IMG/VR virus record: IMGVR_UViG_3300016669_000013
Coordinates: 1 to 46,985 of that record
DNA from: a virus
Taxonomy: Duplodnaviria > Caudoviricetes
Reading direction: 5' to 3' (one strand)
Length of the DNA: 46,985 nucleotides
Shown here: piece by piece, positions 17,099 to 26,069 of the stretch
Layout: each line of letters begins with the position of its first letter
Numbering within the stretch: the stretch's first letter is position 1
The notes under the pieces: generated by a model
What the model was told of the DNA's origin: nothing
The model's database searches: none
What the model saw: only the letters and a program-made list of their open reading frames with translations
Made by a program: the position numbers and the translations under genes

Positions 17099-17556
17099 TA
17101 GAACAACCTCGAAAAGCCGGAAGCAGCAGATGCAATACCAGTCGCAACAGCCAGCATGACGTCGCCGAAACCGATCGACGCGCCCACGGTGTTGTTGACC
17201 GGTATGGCTCGAAAGCCGAAAGCCACATATCCAGACCGATCCTTTTCCCGCATCCGTCGGAAGTCTTCGACATAGGCGAGCGAAGCACCGTCGATCGGCA
17301 ACATCAGAAGCCCGGGACCAGCAGCCTGGCAGGCAGCCTGTAAACCCAGCGCTTCGATATCTGCCGCATCTCCGACCAGATAGGCCGTCACCTCGACGCT
17401 TGAGGTTCGGAGGCCCATCTCCTCGATGTAGCTTTGGCGACCGCCGGCATACTCATGGATCGCCAGACGCTTGCCGGAGTTGAAATCTTCGGCGTCAACC
17501 CAGAAAGCAACGCCGCGGTATGATGCGCGGCGAAGTGTCGTTTCCCAATTGCGCAT
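17098..17556 (-). CDS. DNA circularisation protein N-terminal domain (Mu gp43-like)
   Basis: WETTLRRASYRGVAFWV...GKRLAIHEYAG...EEMG. Confidence 0.88.
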   Translation of the reverse strand: MRNWETTLRRASYRGVAFWVDAEDFNSGKRLAIHEYAGGRQSYIEEMGLRTSSVEVTAYLVGDAADIEALGLQAACQAAGPGLLMLPIDGASLAYVEDFRRMREKDRSGYVAFGFRAIPVNNTVGASIGFGDVMLAVATGIASAASGFSRLF

Positions 17557-17568
17557 AGCTTAATCCGA

Positions 17569-19443
17569 TCAGAATGGGCCAGGTTTGGCCGGCATGCCAG
17601 CCGAGGCTGGCATACTCCGCCCTGTGTCGGCATTCGCCTTCGGCGCTGCTACGGATGCCGTGCTGACCGATAGATTGACGTTGCTCAAGCGAGAGGCAGC
17701 GTCGGAAAGCTTGTTCGCTGCCTGCATGATGGCCGCGCCTACGTCGACACCGGCAACCTTAAAGAAGGCAGCGCTCTTTTCGATTTCCTGCCCTGCGGTT
17801 TTACCTGCTTCCGCCACAGCATCGCCGGACTGGCGCATACTGTCGACATCGATTTTGAGAGCGTCTTTCCACTCGTCACGCGCCGGAACACGAAAGAAGC
17901 TGTTCTGCCCGCCCATGTCCGACATGCGTGATGCCAGGGTTGCCTCCCGACCTTTCTGCCAGTCGGCCATTTCCTTGCGTTCCAGCCCTTTCACGTAGCC
18001 AGCTCCGATCGGTGCGAACCGATCCAGCTTGAGATCCGGAAGCTGCATTCGCGGATCGGGGCGATTTTGAGGGATCGGAATGACCGAACTGCGCGCGGCA
18101 TCTTGTCGACGCGACGGAAGTTCGGGGCTCGAAGTCATCGCACCCTGGTCGCTGAGGGGGGTGGAACGCCAGCCAGCATCGTAGGCGATCCGGTTCTTCT
18201 CGTCCTGGGAGCTGCTTAGGCCCCAGACCGTCCGGTTCCACCACCCGTTGACGCCCTTCTTTTCCAGCCCTTCGTTGACGGCTGAGTGATAGTCCAGAGT
18301 GTTTGCGGCACCTTCCATAAGATCGGTGGCGCCCATACTCACAGCGCCGCGACCGAAAGATTTGACGAGACCATCCCATTTCGCGGAGAGGCGATCGATG
18401 TCGGCCTGGCTGTCCTTCAGGATCACATCGAGATCGCGCTTCACCGTCCCCGTGGCGGCGCCGAGTGCCTCCATGTGTCCCGTCATCTCGCTACTGCCGA
18501 GGATCATGGCCCGCATACCGGTGATCATTTGCGCGTCGCCGAACAGCTGCGGAAGCTTGGACAGGTCGCCCTTGATAGCCTTGTTGGTCATGTCCAGGAA
18601 CACCTGCAGAAGATCCTTTCCCTCTTTGCGGGCCTTGGCCATCTCCTTGCGGATATCGATCCCGAATTCCTTGAACTTCGTGGCCGTCTCGTTCGTCTCC
18701 ATTTTCTGAAGAACGTTCGAAAACGACGTCGCGGCCTCACTGGCAGAACCGGTCCTCGCTCTAACGATTTGGAGCCAGCCTGCCAGCTTTTTGATAGCGG
18801 TTTCACCGCGATACCCCAGCGCTGCAAAAGCAGGAGCCATTGAGGGCAGGTAAGATGCCATATCCTTCAGCTCGAATTTTCCGAGCTTGCCAGCGGTCGC
18901 CAAGATGTCGAAGGCATCCTGCATCTTGTTGCCGGCGATATCGAAGTTGCTGCCGATCGCATCCGCCGTGGTGGCGATTTCGACAATATCGGCGCCTGCA
19001 GCCTGCGCTGTCGCAGCAACAGACGGAAGGAACGCGAAAGCCTCAGGTAGACTACGACCAGACGCCACCATACTGTCGAGGCCACGGACGATCTCGTCCT
19101 GCGCCAACGCGTAATCGCTGGCCGCCTTGTCGATGACCGAGAAAGCGGCTTTTGTTTCATCCGCAGTGGCACCGGCCGTCAGCGCAATTCTGCCGACCGA
19201 GCGCTCAACGCTTGCAAAACGCTTGACGGCACCAGCAGTGCCGGCAGCGATGATCGCTGGGGCAAGAAACCTCGCAGACGCAAGCATAGCACCGTCCATG
19301 GTACGCGCTACAGCGGCCTGAGCCCGGTTGACCGCTGTTGCCTTACTATTGACGGCACTCAAGCGACGCTCGATTGCGGAAAACGCTTTTGCCGTACGAT
19401 CGACAGCAGAAAGCTTGAGCCGAGCCTCGACTTCACGTGCCAT
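17569..19443 (-). CDS. Tail tape measure protein
   Basis: Ala-rich helical protein; AGKLGKFELKDMA; position after the chaperone. Confidence 0.9.
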   Translation of the reverse strand: MAREVEARLKLSAVDRTAKAFSAIERRLSAVNSKATAVNRAQAAVARTMDGAMLASARFLAPAIIAAGTAGAVKRFASVERSVGRIALTAGATADETKAAFSVIDKAASDYALAQDEIVRGLDSMVASGRSLPEAFAFLPSVAATAQAAGADIVEIATTADAIGSNFDIAGNKMQDAFDILATAGKLGKFELKDMASYLPSMAPAFAALGYRGETAIKKLAGWLQIVRARTGSASEAATSFSNVLQKMETNETATKFKEFGIDIRKEMAKARKEGKDLLQVFLDMTNKAIKGDLSKLPQLFGDAQMITGMRAMILGSSEMTGHMEALGAATGTVKRDLDVILKDSQADIDRLSAKWDGLVKSFGRGAVSMGATDLMEGAANTLDYHSAVNEGLEKKGVNGWWNRTVWGLSSSQDEKNRIAYDAGWRSTPLSDQGAMTSSPELPSRRQDAARSSVIPIPQNRPDPRMQLPDLKLDRFAPIGAGYVKGLERKEMADWQKGREATLASRMSDMGGQNSFFRVPARDEWKDALKIDVDSMRQSGDAVAEAGKTAGQEIEKSAAFFKVAGVDVGAAIMQAANKLSDAASRLSNVNLSVSTASVAAPKANADTGRSMPASAGMPAKPGPF

Positions 19444-19446
19444 TGG

Positions 19447-19602
19447 CTATGTCCTCTTATTGTCTCGCGCCCAATCGACAGCCTCGCAGAACCACCAATC
19501 AATTTCGGCAAAGGTCAGGGGGTCGACGTCGGAGGGGCGCCAGCCGAGCCGGAAGACGAGTTCCCGCGCTCGTGCAACAGTTTGCTCGCCTCGGAAAAAA
19601 AA
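19447..19602 (-). CDS. -1 frameshift extension of the tail chaperone (GpE+E'/gpGT-like)
   Basis: T8 run (A8 at 19595-19602 on +); the -1 frame reads FRGEQ...LGWRPSDVDPLTFAEIDWW and stops 3 nt before the tape measure ATG. Confidence 0.8.
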   Translation of the reverse strand, partial: FFFRGEQTVARARELVFRLGWRPSDVDPLTFAEIDWWFCEAVDWARDNKRT

Positions 19603-19853
19603 TCGATGATCGCGTCCTCGACGGCGAGTGCGTCGACAAGGTCGAGCTCGTTTAAGGCACCGGGCGGCGTTACCTGAAGAAGCCGGTCTGCGTAGGACCA
19701 AATCGCGTCGGGATAGGTCACCACGACGCCACGCTGAACCTCGATCGCCTTGCCAATCTGACGATAGTCCGCGAGTTTCGGTTCGCGAAAACTGAGGTTT
19801 TGGAAGATGGCAGATCCTACCGTGTAGGTACGACCAAGAGGAACGTTTTTCAT
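19515..19853 (-). CDS. Tail assembly chaperone (gpE/gp41-like)
   Basis: LSFREPKLADY...ELDLVDALAV...IIDFF; between tube and tape measure. Confidence 0.85.
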   Translation of the reverse strand: MKNVPLGRTYTVGSAIFQNLSFREPKLADYRQIGKAIEVQRGVVVTYPDAIWSYADRLLQVTPPGALNELDLVDALAVEDAIIDFFSEASKLLHERGNSSSGSAGAPPTSTP

Positions 19854-20224
19854 CAGCCCCGCCTATCGTACCCGGACGCTTCGATCTGGATGCCGGTGAG
19901 CTCACCGTTGGCGCGGTTGCTGCGCGGATCTCCGGTGATCATAGCTCCAACGAAGATATGGCTGACGCCGGTGAAGTCCTCGGTGATGTAGATGTCCTGA
20001 CGCGGTGCCCGCATGAGCAGGTTCACGTCCGTGCCATCATCCTCGAGCGACAGCTCGGCAGTACGCGGCCGCGGCGTTCCCACCCGCGAAACGCTGCCAT
20101 CCTGGTTGGTAACGCTTTCCGACGAAATGCCGGAAGCGCCAAGGGTGAACGCGCCGCGCATTGTCATACTGCGGCCGTCGGCGAGGCGCAGGCGCATCTC
20201 GCCGCCAAAATCTTTTCCTGGCAT
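19853..20224 (-). CDS. Tail tube protein
   Basis: 123 aa, directly after the sheath gene. Confidence 0.8.
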   Translation of the reverse strand: MPGKDFGGEMRLRLADGRSMTMRGAFTLGASGISSESVTNQDGSVSRVGTPRPRTAELSLEDDGTDVNLLMRAPRQDIYITEDFTGVSHIFVGAMITGDPRSNRANGELTGIQIEASGYDRRG

Positions 20225-20239
20225 GCTTGGTACTCCTGG

Positions 20240-21745
20240 TTAGACCGCTTCGCGGAACTGAGCGTAGAGGGTGGCATTTGCTGCGATTACATCGAGCGGG
20301 TTGATCCGATCGAGTGGCGCGTAGACGTCGACCCGGTTCGGGTTGCTGACATTGCGCTGAACATCGAGTTGGCGAACAAACTCCGCCGAATTTTCCAGCA
20401 CACCAGGCATCGAGCGGTAGGCGGCGATGAATGTGTTGGCGATATCGACCACGGTCGTAATCGACGCGAGATTGCCCGGGTTGCTGTCGGCAATGGCTTT
20501 GCGGCCGTGCTCCGACTGCAGACGTTCCCTGAAATAGCGCAGCGCATAGATCAGCTGCCCGATCGCCTGTACGTCGCGGAAGGTCGTATCGACATTTCCG
20601 GAGCCGTCAGTACGCTGCATGGTGACCAGCTTGTCGATCGTGACACGCCCATCGGTGCGCACGGTCCATGTCGAGAGGCCGGTACCGAGGAAAGCATCTC
20701 GGGTCGCGTAGTCGTTGAACCACTTGGAGCGGTCACGCGGCGCGGTCACACCTTCGACGACCAGACCTGTCTGGTTTCGGCTGACATCTCCAAGATCTCC
20801 AGCCGACAGCCATGGAATAACCCGCGCGATCAGTGCAGCAAGGAAAACCCATGGCAGCGTTCCGTTGCCCGCGGCGGCTAGCCGAGGGACCATGGTGATA
20901 TGACGATTGTCGATCGAGAGACCCAGGGTCGTCAGGTTGGACGTCGTGTCGGTCACGGTTGTGAAGACATGGCCGTAAGACTGTCGGCTCCAGGCCCATC
21001 GGCCAGCCGTGTCAGAAAGCACCGTTTGATACCGTGCAAGATTGGCCGTGTCAGAGAACGGCGACAATATCCAGTCGAACGGATCGTCGCCGAGGCTTGC
21101 CAGCCCGGCTGAGAGATCGGGTGAGCCGGTACCAGGCGTTGTCGTCGCAAATGTCAGCACACCATTGAAGGCGTTGCCCCCGGTTACGACAGGCACGGAA
21201 AGGTCGACCGTAGAGAAGATGACGCCTTTGTGCCGTGCCGTCAGCGTCACCACACCAACTGCGGCGGTCGCTGTGTACGGAAGACCCGACTTGCTAAGCG
21301 GGTTCTGGTAAGCGTTGATCGCAGAGGCAATCGCTGCCGCAACGGCAGTGGCCGTATCGCCTGCATTGATCGTCAAAGCCACCGACTCGTCGCCGATCAA
21401 CAAAACAGCATAGCCGCCGCTCGCCGGCACGTTGCTCACCGTGATTGTGCGGACTTCAGCCGTGCCGGCATCTGCGACCGGAAGCAGCCAGACATCCTGC
21501 GCTGGCGCATTGAGGCGCGTGGCGATCAGCATCTCCGCCAGCATCGAGCCTCGGCCGGCCAACGCGACAGCTTCTTCGACATTGTTGCAGCGAACAGGAA
21601 CATTGACGGCAAGGGATGACCCGGCGTTGGCATGCCCCACCAGAAGAAAACGCGAGACGTTCTCGAACTGTCCACCGGAGTTGATCTCGAAGGCAAATAT
21701 GGGCGCCCGGATGTTGCCGGGAATAAGATTGAAACCGACGGCCAT
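20240..21745 (-). CDS. Contractile tail sheath (Mu gpL-like)
   Basis: IPGNIRAPIFAFE, AGRGSMLAEM, LTARHKG, RWAWSRQSYGH, NPNRVDV. Confidence 0.95.
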   Translation of the reverse strand: MAVGFNLIPGNIRAPIFAFEINSGGQFENVSRFLLVGHANAGSSLAVNVPVRCNNVEEAVALAGRGSMLAEMLIATRLNAPAQDVWLLPVADAGTAEVRTITVSNVPASGGYAVLLIGDESVALTINAGDTATAVAAAIASAINAYQNPLSKSGLPYTATAAVGVVTLTARHKGVIFSTVDLSVPVVTGGNAFNGVLTFATTTPGTGSPDLSAGLASLGDDPFDWILSPFSDTANLARYQTVLSDTAGRWAWSRQSYGHVFTTVTDTTSNLTTLGLSIDNRHITMVPRLAAAGNGTLPWVFLAALIARVIPWLSAGDLGDVSRNQTGLVVEGVTAPRDRSKWFNDYATRDAFLGTGLSTWTVRTDGRVTIDKLVTMQRTDGSGNVDTTFRDVQAIGQLIYALRYFRERLQSEHGRKAIADSNPGNLASITTVVDIANTFIAAYRSMPGVLENSAEFVRQLDVQRNVSNPNRVDVYAPLDRINPLDVIAANATLYAQFREAV

Positions 21746-21748
21746 GGA

Positions 21749-21955
21749 CTACGCTCCCTTCGAGGGCTTGCTGGAGCCGCCGGATGCATCATCTGGATCG
21801 GCTGGAATAAGTTCGCCGGATGCGATCATCCTGGCGTAGTACGGGTTCATCGGGTCAATGGCCTCTCCGGCCTTTTCCGATGTGAAGAGAACACCCACAC
21901 CTCTATCGGGCATGGGAACGTTCTGCTGAGGGCTTTTGAGCCTGAAGCGCTGCAT
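21749..21955 (-). CDS. Small tail-associated protein (DUF2635-like)
   Basis: VPMPDRG...YYARMIASGELI; precedes the sheath gene. Confidence 0.65.
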   Translation of the reverse strand: MQRFRLKSPQQNVPMPDRGVGVLFTSEKAGEAIDPMNPYYARMIASGELIPADPDDASGGSSKPSKGA

Positions 21956-21975
21956 TGTCTCACTCCGATAAGAGA

Positions 21976-22704
21976 TCAGGTCTGGTTGGTGTTGACAGAC
22001 GCATCTGGCGGGTCGCCTGCTGCGCCCCGACTGGTGATGCCGATCAGTTCAAGAGGCGTTCTCGCCGGCGCGGTGAAAATCGCGTCCAGTTCGGCGAGCT
22101 TCGCCTTGGCATAGGATGCTTCAGGCAGGCGCAAGAATAAGGACCGCAGCGGCTCCGGCATTCCGCCATCATCGCGAAAGGTGTCTTCGCGGATCTTGCA
22201 GGTGAAACGCATGGTGTTACGCATCCACCTGATATCGAACTGGGGAAGCGAATAGGGTTCGATCCTCAGATCCTCGATCGAGGATACGATCCTGCGAAAC
22301 AGGTCGCCAGCCTCGGACGAACTCAGAGCCTGACGAACCTGAGCACAAAGAGCCCCCAGGACCAACCGAGCCTGCGCGTCGTTTTCGACGAGCGGCATGA
22401 TCTGCGGCTCACCATCCTCGCCTTCGGAGGCCACTGCCAGTTCGGCAATGATAACCAGGACAGCAACAGGGAACCCCTCGCTCGACGGTGATGTGTCCCC
22501 GCGCCGCTCAACCCGAATTTCGTCGGTGTAAAGCGAAAGGCATGGCGTGTAAGGAGACTGGGCGTCGAGATCGTCGGGAAGGATCTCCGAGCTATCGTAG
22601 ACCCTGTGACGAGCAAGTGTCGGCCAACCGAAGTCGGAGGATTTCGCAGCAGTCGGGCACAGGACCTCGATCGCAGCAAGGCGCATAGCTTCAGCGGACA
22701 GCAT
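21976..22704 (-). CDS. Putative tail completion/neck protein
   Basis: PTLARHRVYDS...LSLYTDE; position between head and sheath genes. Confidence 0.7.
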   Translation of the reverse strand: MLSAEAMRLAAIEVLCPTAAKSSDFGWPTLARHRVYDSSEILPDDLDAQSPYTPCLSLYTDEIRVERRGDTSPSSEGFPVAVLVIIAELAVASEGEDGEPQIMPLVENDAQARLVLGALCAQVRQALSSSEAGDLFRRIVSSIEDLRIEPYSLPQFDIRWMRNTMRFTCKIREDTFRDDGGMPEPLRSLFLRLPEASYAKAKLAELDAIFTAPARTPLELIGITSRGAAGDPPDASVNTNQT

Positions 22705-22707
22705 GGA

Positions 22708-23097
22708 TCAGACCTTATTGAGCCAGATGACGATCCGGTCGGAACCGTCCCTATCTGGAGTAGCTACGACCTTGTAGTTCTGTCCGGCGCTTTTGATCGC
22801 GTCGCCCTGACGCACCATCCACGGCCAGTCACGAGCCAACGCCGTAAGGCATGTTCGTGCGACCTGCCGGTCACCCATACTGGACGCAGACGTCCGGCCG
22901 GATGAACCGATCTGATTGAAGCTCGGCTCGCTATCGATCGAGCCCATGAAGTCGAAGGCTGGCCGATCCGGATCGGGAGCCGTCGACCCGTTCACATCAC
23001 GAGCTGGCTTTTTCATGCCGACCGCGGTGAAAAGAACATCGTCGAAGTAGGCGGCGACCGCGTTCTCGGTCCCCGCCAGATTATCAGACCAAGACAT
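22708..23097 (-). CDS. Putative head-tail joining protein
   Basis: Start MSWSDNL at 23097; VRQGDAI...YKVVATPDRDG. Confidence 0.65.
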   Translation of the reverse strand: MSWSDNLAGTENAVAAYFDDVLFTAVGMKKPARDVNGSTAPDPDRPAFDFMGSIDSEPSFNQIGSSGRTSASSMGDRQVARTCLTALARDWPWMVRQGDAIKSAGQNYKVVATPDRDGSDRIVIWLNKV

Positions 23098-23098
23098 T

Positions 23099-23263
23099 CT
23101 ACTTGGCAGGCTCAGACGGCTTTTTCGCCTTTGCCTTCTCCTCTTTAGGTTTCCCCTTTTCGTCGACATTGACGAACTCGTGGGTGCCCGCTGTCACGGC
23201 ATCAACGGCCGGACCGTGACGAAGCGTTTCAACTTCGCCAGTCTTGACGTTTTTAACCTGCAT
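23099..23263 (-). CDS. Small post-capsid hypothetical protein
   Basis: GAGG RBS; MQVKNVKTGEV...; Lys-rich tail. Confidence 0.55.
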   Translation of the reverse strand: MQVKNVKTGEVETLRHGPAVDAVTAGTHEFVNVDEKGKPKEEKAKAKKPSEPAK

Positions 23264-23273
23264 CGTTTTGACC

Positions 23274-24311
23274 TCAGTTGCTAGAAGTGAGCCGAACAAG
23301 AAGCGCCGGGCGCTTGACCATCGGGAGCGGGTTCGACTGGCTGCGCAGCTTGACCCATTCCGCGAAGTCCTTGTCGATCGCCTGGCGAACGTAGACCTCT
23401 TCGCCAAGCGTGTTCACGGTGTCCATGAACGTGGCGGGTGCGAAGTAGGTCGAGAAGGTATCGACGGTACCGATCGGGAAGGCGATGGCTTCGCCGGCTG
23501 GAATGAAGCGGCGGGTCGCGTAAGTGCCATCTTCCTGCAGGTACTGTGCCGAGCCTCGGTATTCCTCGATCACGAGACCCTGGAACGGGAAGGCGCGGCG
23601 GACATCCTGCCGAAGCGGGTTGTTCTGACCGTCGTAGTACTTGTAGATCTCTTCGACCTTCGCGTGGCCGATGAACTTCGCATACCACTCCGGCGACGCC
23701 AGGACGTGTACGCCCGACATCACCTCGCCCATAAGGTTGTCTTCCATGTAGGCGGTAACATCGCGGGCCTTCGCCTTCACGTCCGTCGTGGCCGTACCGA
23801 GCACGAAATCGACGACCTTTTGGGTGACGCCAAATTCGTTGAACAGGTTCAGCAGCGAGGATCCGTCGCTGTCAAGGATTTCGCCCCGAAGCGCGCCCAT
23901 GCGCAGATGTTCGAGCGTGATCGAGTGCTTGCGGCGCATGACGATCTGCTTGCGATTGACCACCGCCATAACAGATTCCAACACACGATCGGATGCCATG
24001 CGCGCAACGACGTTCTGCACATCGTCGGCATAGACATAGTCGTCGTGCGGGATGTGAAAGCACTTGAATGGCCGACCGCCACGCTTCGGAGACGTGCCGA
24101 GTGACGGCGGGGCGCCGCGTTCGCGGGTCGGAAGCAGGTTCAGCTGGCCGTTCTCGTACTGGACGATCACAGACGTGGTCGGGATCGGCTCGGAGCTGAA
24201 GATGCCGAGTTCGCGGATGCGACCGTAATCGTTCGGGACGATATTGATCGCCTCAGTGAGCGACGTTGCACTGAACGCGGCATTGTTGAAGATATCGAGG
24301 ATTGTTTCCAT
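23274..24311 (-). CDS. Major capsid protein, lambda gpE family
   Basis: SLTEAINIVP, TLEHLRMGALRG, QSNPLPMVKRPALLV. Confidence 0.95.
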   Translation of the reverse strand: METILDIFNNAAFSATSLTEAINIVPNDYGRIRELGIFSSEPIPTTSVIVQYENGQLNLLPTRERGAPPSLGTSPKRGGRPFKCFHIPHDDYVYADDVQNVVARMASDRVLESVMAVVNRKQIVMRRKHSITLEHLRMGALRGEILDSDGSSLLNLFNEFGVTQKVVDFVLGTATTDVKAKARDVTAYMEDNLMGEVMSGVHVLASPEWYAKFIGHAKVEEIYKYYDGQNNPLRQDVRRAFPFQGLVIEEYRGSAQYLQEDGTYATRRFIPAGEAIAFPIGTVDTFSTYFAPATFMDTVNTLGEEVYVRQAIDKDFAEWVKLRSQSNPLPMVKRPALLVRLTSSN

Positions 24312-24314
24312 GGC

Positions 24315-24701
24315 TCACGCTCCTTCGCGGGGCAGAATGGGTGGATTGAGCGCGCGCAGGGCGTTCTGGACTGCGAGCCGTTCAGCGGCAGTGTCCACAT
24401 CTGCGCCGTAAAGCAGTCCTTGCTGGACAACGATTGCGTCTCGGGAGATCGAGACACCGGGTGCATCAGCCGTAGTTGCGTCTACAGCGTGCAGCAGGAT
24501 CGCTGCCGCGTTCTGCGACCCGTCGGTCGCAGCCACAGTCACCGGCTTGTACTTGCCGGAAGCCGTGATCTTGCCGAGCACGGTACCGCTGAGCACCTTG
24601 CCGGAACCAGAAGCTACGATGATCTCTTCGCGCGAAAAGTGGCTGTCCGCTTCGCGCTTTAGCCAGTCACTGGCATAGCGGCCTTCTTTGATCTCAGCCA
24701 T
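24315..24701 (-). CDS. Head decoration protein (gpD/HDPD-like)
   Basis: SREEII, GTVLGKITASGKY, DGSQNAAAIL. Confidence 0.9.
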   Translation of the reverse strand: MAEIKEGRYASDWLKREADSHFSREEIIVASGSGKVLSGTVLGKITASGKYKPVTVAATDGSQNAAAILLHAVDATTADAPGVSISRDAIVVQQGLLYGADVDTAAERLAVQNALRALNPPILPREGA

Positions 24702-25753
24702 TACGCTGCATCCTTTCCGATAAGCTTGCGCATATTTGCCACCAGGCTGGCAGAGTGCGCGGTTGGCTGCTGTTGCGGCTTGCCTGCGACGCCGGCGCCA
24801 GCAGCTCGATTGGCCTCATAGGCTGCGGGGTCAGGCTGACCACTGCGGCCAGTATCGCTCTGCCCTTCAGCAGACTGCGGGGAGGCAGCGAGGATGGCTT
24901 TAATGGCGTTGACGTCCATCGTGGTCGTGTCGATCAGATGTTCGGCGAGCTTTGCACGGCCTTCAGTTTCGGGAAGCGCCATCACAGTACCGCGCCGAGC
25001 ACGGTCTGCCGCGACAGCATCCATGATCAACTTTTCGACGTCGGCGGGATCGTCCCCGCCGTTGGTTTTGCCGGACATGGGTTTCTCCATTGTTTGCCGG
25101 TTGGATGCGACGGCGGTCGCCGCGCTTTCATCAGCATCATCGCGACGCCAATTCTTCTTTGCCGCAAGCGCAGTCAGACGCTTTGGAGCGTGCGCGTAGA
25201 GGCGGTAATCAAAAGCGGCGACAGGTTCGGCTTTCGTTTCCGTCGTCGCGTCAGCGAAGCCTTCTTCGACAGCCTGTTGCGGGGTCAGCCAGCGCTCGTC
25301 ACGCATGACCTGCCGGCATTCTTCGGCGCTCTTGCCCGACTTCTGCGCGTAGACACGCGCGTAGGCAGTCGCGAGCGCCTCGAGCGCCTCGATCGTCTTG
25401 GAGTGATCAGCGCTGTTGCCGAACGTGTAGCCGCTTGGATCGTGGATCATCATCACCGCGCCAGCCGACATGGTGACGGTTGCGCCAGCCATTGCGATCA
25501 GTGATGCCGCCGAAGCTGCGATGCCCTCGACAACGATATCCGTTATGCCGGACCGTGCCGTCAGAAGCGCGTGGATTGCGGCACCCTCAGTAGCAATGCC
25601 GCCGCCCGAATTCAGGTGGACCGTCAGATCGTCCGCATCGTCGATGCTGGCGAGAGCAACGACGACATCGGAAGAGGTGAACCCATCCGAATAGTAATAG
25701 TCTCCGACATAGCCGGAGAGCCGAAGCACTCCGTCTGCAAGGATGGCTGCCAT
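24701..25753 (-). CDS. ClpP-like head maturation protease with a scaffold-like C-terminus
   Basis: HLNSGGG, GIAASAASLIAMAG, MMIHDP, ERWLTPQQAVEEGFAD. Confidence 0.92.
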   Translation of the reverse strand: MAAILADGVLRLSGYVGDYYYSDGFTSSDVVVALASIDDADDLTVHLNSGGGIATEGAAIHALLTARSGITDIVVEGIAASAASLIAMAGATVTMSAGAVMMIHDPSGYTFGNSADHSKTIEALEALATAYARVYAQKSGKSAEECRQVMRDERWLTPQQAVEEGFADATTETKAEPVAAFDYRLYAHAPKRLTALAAKKNWRRDDADESAATAVASNRQTMEKPMSGKTNGGDDPADVEKLIMDAVAADRARRGTVMALPETEGRAKLAEHLIDTTTMDVNAIKAILAASPQSAEGQSDTGRSGQPDPAAYEANRAAGAGVAGKPQQQPTAHSASLVANMRKLIGKDAA

Positions 25754-25763
25754 AGTTGATACC

Positions 25764-26069
25764 TCAGTAGGGCTTGAACCTGCCGCCGATCGCGTAGCGG
25801 GTTCGTTTCGGTGTCACGCCGAGCGAGGTTTCGCAGGCGGCTTTCGCGTCCGACATCATCCGGTCGACGTCTTCAGGCTTCGATCCGGATGAGAACCTTG
25901 TCCGCCGTGTGGTGAGCGGCGAACGGACCTCAATCTCTTCAACCCTACCGCCGGTTGCCAGAAGCGTGCGGTAGGCCTTCAGGGCCCGATAGAGGGCGCA
26001 TGGATCATTGATGTTGACTGGCTTGCCGCCAATAACGACGATCAGATCCTCTTCATCTGCCTGGCTCAT
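25764..26069 (-). CDS. Putative head-tail adaptor (gpW-like)
   Basis: 101 aa, coupled to the portal gene; LLATGGRVEEI. Confidence 0.55.
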   Translation of the reverse strand: MSQADEEDLIVVIGGKPVNINDPCALYRALKAYRTLLATGGRVEEIEVRSPLTTRRTRFSSGSKPEDVDRMMSDAKAACETSLGVTPKRTRYAIGGRFKPY

